Source of the DNA: Sphaerodactylus townsendi | Taxonomy: Eukaryota | Assembly: GCF_021028975.2 (NCBI RefSeq) | Contig: NC_059426.1 | Location: 93,992,001-94,056,000, forward strand | Length of the DNA stretch: 64,000 nucleotides | Reading direction: 5' to 3' | Shown: in pieces, positions 63,509 through 64,000 of the stretch | Layout: every line of letters starts with the position of its first letter | Numbering within the stretch: position 1 is the first letter of the stretch | Translations under genes and position numbers: made by a program | The notes under the pieces: model-generated | The model's input: only the letters and a program-made list of their open reading frames with translations | Told to the model about the DNA's origin: nothing | Databases searched by the model: none

Positions 63509-63942
63509 CAGTGGTGAAGCCACAAGGGGACGTTAGGTGCATTGTGCACCGGGCGCATGCCTGGGATGCAAAAATCAACCCAGGCCCCTCCCCCTCCCCC
63601 CAAAGCAACCCCCTGTGCGCACCCCCCACCCCCTTCCCATACTTACCTTAGTTCCTTTTTCATAACTTTTTCAGGCTTCAAAAGGCCTTGTTCTCAGTAA
63701 AAACGGCCTGAGGAACTACAGTTCCCAGGAGACCTTGGGCCTCACAAGGTCCCTGGGAAGTATAGTTCCCATCAGGCCTTTTTTTAACCGAGAATAAGGC
63801 CTTTTGAAGCCTGAAAAGGTTCTGAAAAAGGAACTAAGGTAAGTGTGGGAAGGGGAAAGGAGGGCGCCACGAAGGGGGGACATGGGGGCGGCGGAAAATG
63901 TGGAATGCGCACCAGGCGCAGTTTGGCCCAGCTACACCTCTG
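63509..63942. mobile_element. hAT MITE with ~105-bp internal hairpin arms
   Basis: TIR cagtggtgaagc/gctacacctctg; perfect TSD ttaggcag. Confidence 0.9.
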
Positions 63943-64000
63943 TTAGGCAGATATATTTTAAATCCAGTGGATGGGCGGTATATTTCTTTCAATAAAAGTA

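Overview
Repeat-dense vertebrate genomic DNA. The repeat families point to a squamate reptile, probably a gecko (inference). The window lies inside one minus-strand gene, KIAA1549L (UPF0606 single-pass membrane protein). Nine GT-AG-bounded, phase-compatible internal coding exons were read by hand, from ...LEYPNLDISETT through the transmembrane exon to ...RRGIRNSGYD. The gene's start and end lie outside the window. The introns hold many non-autonomous DNA transposons with recognisable TIRs/TSDs (hAT, Tc1/mariner-pogo-like, Harbinger-like, Helentron-like), solo LTRs, tRNA-derived SINEs, LINE relics (RTE, L1, CR1, L2, Dong-R4) and Penelope-like elements, some with hammerhead ribozyme motifs. The best leads are: (1) a chain of frame-compatible candidate micro/cassette exons plus an RBFOX-motif cluster in the 17.6-kb intron; (2) a candidate alternative terminal exon just after the TM exon; (3) a 177-bp near-perfect fold-back; (4) a palindromic double-hammerhead Penelope insert; (5) a rearranged Neptune-type GIY-YIG element with a putative intron-bearing pLTR. 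Nearly all ORFs in the supplied track are spurious repeat-derived frames. Family names come from motif recognition, not database searches, and repeat boundaries without TSDs are approximate.
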